A DNA stretch of 64,000 nt, taken from Raja brachyura. Taxonomy: Eukaryota. Position numbers and translations under genes: made by a program. A model generated the notes under the pieces. That model was given only the letters and a program-made list of their open reading frames with translations. It did no database searches and was not told the origin of the DNA. The stretch is taken from NCBI GenBank assembly GCA_963514005.1, contig OY740789.1, forward strand, positions 82,522,001 through 82,586,000. The letters run 5' to 3'. This document shows, one piece after another, positions 60,968-64,000 of the stretch (position 1 is the stretch's first letter; every line of letters begins with the position of its first letter).

Positions 60968-61094
60968 AAAGTGAGTGTGGAAAATGAATGCAAGTTGTCA
61001 GAGTCCAGTTGAACGGTGACGACAACACCAGACCTTGTCCGGTTTGTAAGCTTCCTATTTGTCATCTGCAGAATTGTCTGTCTTTATCCAATGA
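60968..61094 (+). pseudogene. Truncated duplicate of the CH3' acceptor region and first 7 codons (ELSVFIQ*)
   Basis: Near-identical to ~58912-59035, including the ctgcag| acceptor (61071); followed by an in-frame TGA where a LINE tail begins. Confidence 0.85.
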
Positions 61095-64000
61095 ATTTAA
61101 TGAATTATTCAATGAATTTCTTACTAGCTGCAGCACAACAGAATATGTGAATATGTAAACATAGTGCATAATGAGGGAAGAGAAAAAAAGAAAAAGTTCA
61201 ATAAATAACAAATAGTGCAAATAACTAACAATAATATAGTATTTAGCAGTTCAGAGCTCAGAGCTGATTCATTGTGTTTAATAGCCTGATGGCTGCAGGG
61301 AAGAAGCTGTTCCTGTACCTGAACGTTACAGTTTTCAGACTCCTGTAACTTCTTCCTGATGGCAATGGTGAGATGAGTGTGTGGCCAGGATGGTGTGGGT
61401 CCTTGATGATTTTGGCTGACTTTTTGAGGCAGCGACTATGATTGATCCCTTTGACGGTGGGGAGGTCAAAGCCGGCGATGAACTGGGCAGTGGTTACAAC
61501 TTTTTGTAGTCTTTTTTGCTCCTGGACGTTCAAGTTGCCGAATCAGGCCACGATGCAACCAGAACTAGGACTCATTGCTAAATATTTCTGGGCTTTCACA
61601 ACTTGAGTTCATTCCAAAACTCCTCAGTAGCCAGGACACTGAGAAGACCAAGCCTGCTGTTCTTCAAATTAGTGTCACAGGGTCAGTCCACTTATTGTTG
61701 TCGGCCCTCTGTGTGTGGCATCTCAGACTAGTTGTCTTGCTGCTAATTTGAAGAGTGGGGTCGAGTATTTGTACTTGTACATTTGTTTGTCGACACTGGA
61801 AAAGAGGTCCATCAGAAAGTCCATTGTGTGGATGGAGCTGGGTACAAGCGCGTTGGCATTGGAGTGAACATGGAGTCATAGATTTCTACAGGACGGTAAC
61901 AGGCCCTTCGGCTCAGCTTGCCTTTGCCAACCAAGGTGCCCGATCTACACTAGTCCTGTCTCCCCGTGTTTGGCCCAAATCACTGAACATCTCATGTCCA
62001 TAATTGCTAGGAGCAGAATTAGGCCATTCAGCCCATCAAGTATACTCTGCCATTCAATCCTGGCTGATCTATCTCTCCTTTCTAACCCCATTCCCCTGCC
62101 TTCTCCCCTTGACACCAATACTGATGGAGAATCGATCTATATCTGCTTTAAAAATACCCATTGAGTGGGCCTCCACAGCCTTCTGTGGCAATGAATTCCT
62201 CAGATTCTCTACCCTGTGACTAAACAAATTCCTCCTCATCTTCCTAGAGGAACATCCTTTAATTCTGAGGCTATGGTCCTCGACTCTCCCACCAGTGGAA
62301 TCATCCTCTTTACATCCACTCTATCCAGGCCTTTCACTATTCGTCCTATCCATGTAGCTGTCCAAATAACCTTTAAACATTGTTATAGTCTCTGCGTCAA
62401 CTACCTCCTCCCGCAGCACATTCCATGTACCCAGTGCCCTCTGTGTGGAAAAGTTGCCCCTCGGATTCCCATTAAATCTGTCCCCCCTCACCTTATACCC
62501 ATGTCCTCTAGTTCTTGATTGCCCTACTCTGGGTAAAGGAGCCTGGTTGTACATCTGTGTGTCTAATCATCTCCTGCACTCTGTCAAATGTGGTTATCTC
62601 CTCTGTGATATTGTGCCGACAGTAACAAGACCATGTTGTGGTTAGTTGAGCAGTTGCTACTCGTGAGGAAAAGGAATGTCTCTCCAGAAAGTCACTGCTA
62701 TGCAGTGCCTCGTGCAGACTGGTGTTCCAGGGTTCACATCGGTGTACGTTACTCAGCCAGGGAGAGAACGGCAACTGAGAATGAAAATGGATTCCAGACC
62801 AAATCCATATCAAACATAACTTTTTGGTTAAACATAACTGGTTGCATCATGGCTTGGTTCGGCAACTTGAACGTCCAGGAACGGAAAAGAATGCAGAACG
62901 TTGTGACCACTGCCCAGTCCATCATCGGCTCTGACCTCCCCACCATCGAAGGGATCTATCGCAGTCGCTGCCTCAAAAAGGCTGCCAACATCATCAAAGA
63001 CCCCCACCATCCTGGCCACACACTCATCTCTCTTTTGCCATCGGGAAGAAGATACAGGAGCTTCAAATCTGGAATATCCAGGCTCAGGTATAGGCAGTTC
63101 CCCACAGCCATCAGGCCATCAAACAAACTCTGAACAATAACAGCCTATTGCACTTTTATCTGTGTATTTATTGTGTATATATATATGGTCTATGGTCTAT
63201 AGACATACTGAACTTTTATCTCCTGTTCTGTATTATGTTTACATATTCTGTTGTGCTGCATAAAGCAAGAATTTCATTGTCCTATCTGGGACACATGACA
63301 ATGAAACTCTCTTGGCTCTTGAAACATTAATTACCAAAGTTTCAGAGAACTTGCAGTTTGTATGAAAACTCCTTTGTGTCAGGCTGATCCAGCTTGAAAC
63401 CTGCAGAGACCCCACGAGAGGCTACATGTGTGTTTGTGTCAATGTAACCTATCAATGTTCAATAAAGAATAGACATGTAGTGTTGGGGTTGGTGTTCCCT
63501 GTTGGTGCGTTTTGGGAGGTGTTGCCAAGTTGGGGGGGAACAGTTGACCTGGATCTAAGATTGCACGTTGTCTGTCACTCTATATATTTCTACAGATTAT
63601 GTAAATATACATGTATTAGTCTCCTCCGTCCAAAGAATACAGCATTCTGAAGGAGGGTCTCGACCCCGAACCATCACCCATTCCTTCTACCCAGAGATGC
63701 TGTATGTCCTACAGAGTTACTCCAGCATTTTGTGTCTATCTTCGGTGTAAACCAGCATGTGCAGTTCCTTCCCACACATTCCTGATGAACCTTTCTGGTC
63801 TTTAAAATATTCAAAGCTAAAGAATAGGGAAAGGTGTTTTGACCATCTTCGTGAATGCATTTGATAAACTCATTCAGAAAGTGGAAAGTTACAGAAGGAA
63901 GGGCCAGTGATGAGCTTTGCCTGTGGAAATGTGTTCAGGGCTGAAGCTATTCACTATATTTATTGATAGTTGAGATGTCGGATAGAAAGCCACACGATCA

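Noticed and set aside
60066-64000. IgW transmembrane exons
   Set aside because: No hydrophobic CART-motif exon found; presumably beyond the window.

Overview
This is vertebrate genomic DNA from a cartilaginous fish, most likely a rajid skate. It holds one germline (unrearranged) IgW/IgX heavy-chain minilocus on the + strand. The order is leader (31555), VH (23-RSS), D1 (12/22), D2 (12/12), JH (23-RSS), a 12.5-kb intron, CH1, CH2, a Cys-rich short secretory exon, CH3, CH4, CH5, and CH6 with a canonical tailpiece (stop 56994). Two further intact C exons (paralogues of CH3 and CH4) and a truncated third CH3 acceptor copy follow. No transmembrane exons were found in the window. The strongest unexplained signal is a ~7-kb AGCT/CCCAG-rich 20-21-bp tandem array in the JH-CH1 intron. 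It resembles tetrapod class-switch (S) regions in position and motif content but is C-rich on the sense strand. The rest of the window is transposon-dense. It includes a four-level nest (CR1 > CR1 > Tc1 > Penelope), Penelope ends with hammerhead-ribozyme cores, non-autonomous Helitrons, Harbinger MITEs, Rex1-like LINE fragments, V-SINEs, a DeuSINE and several minisatellites. All coordinates, counts and identities were read by hand, and TE boundaries are approximate unless a TSD or TIR is cited.
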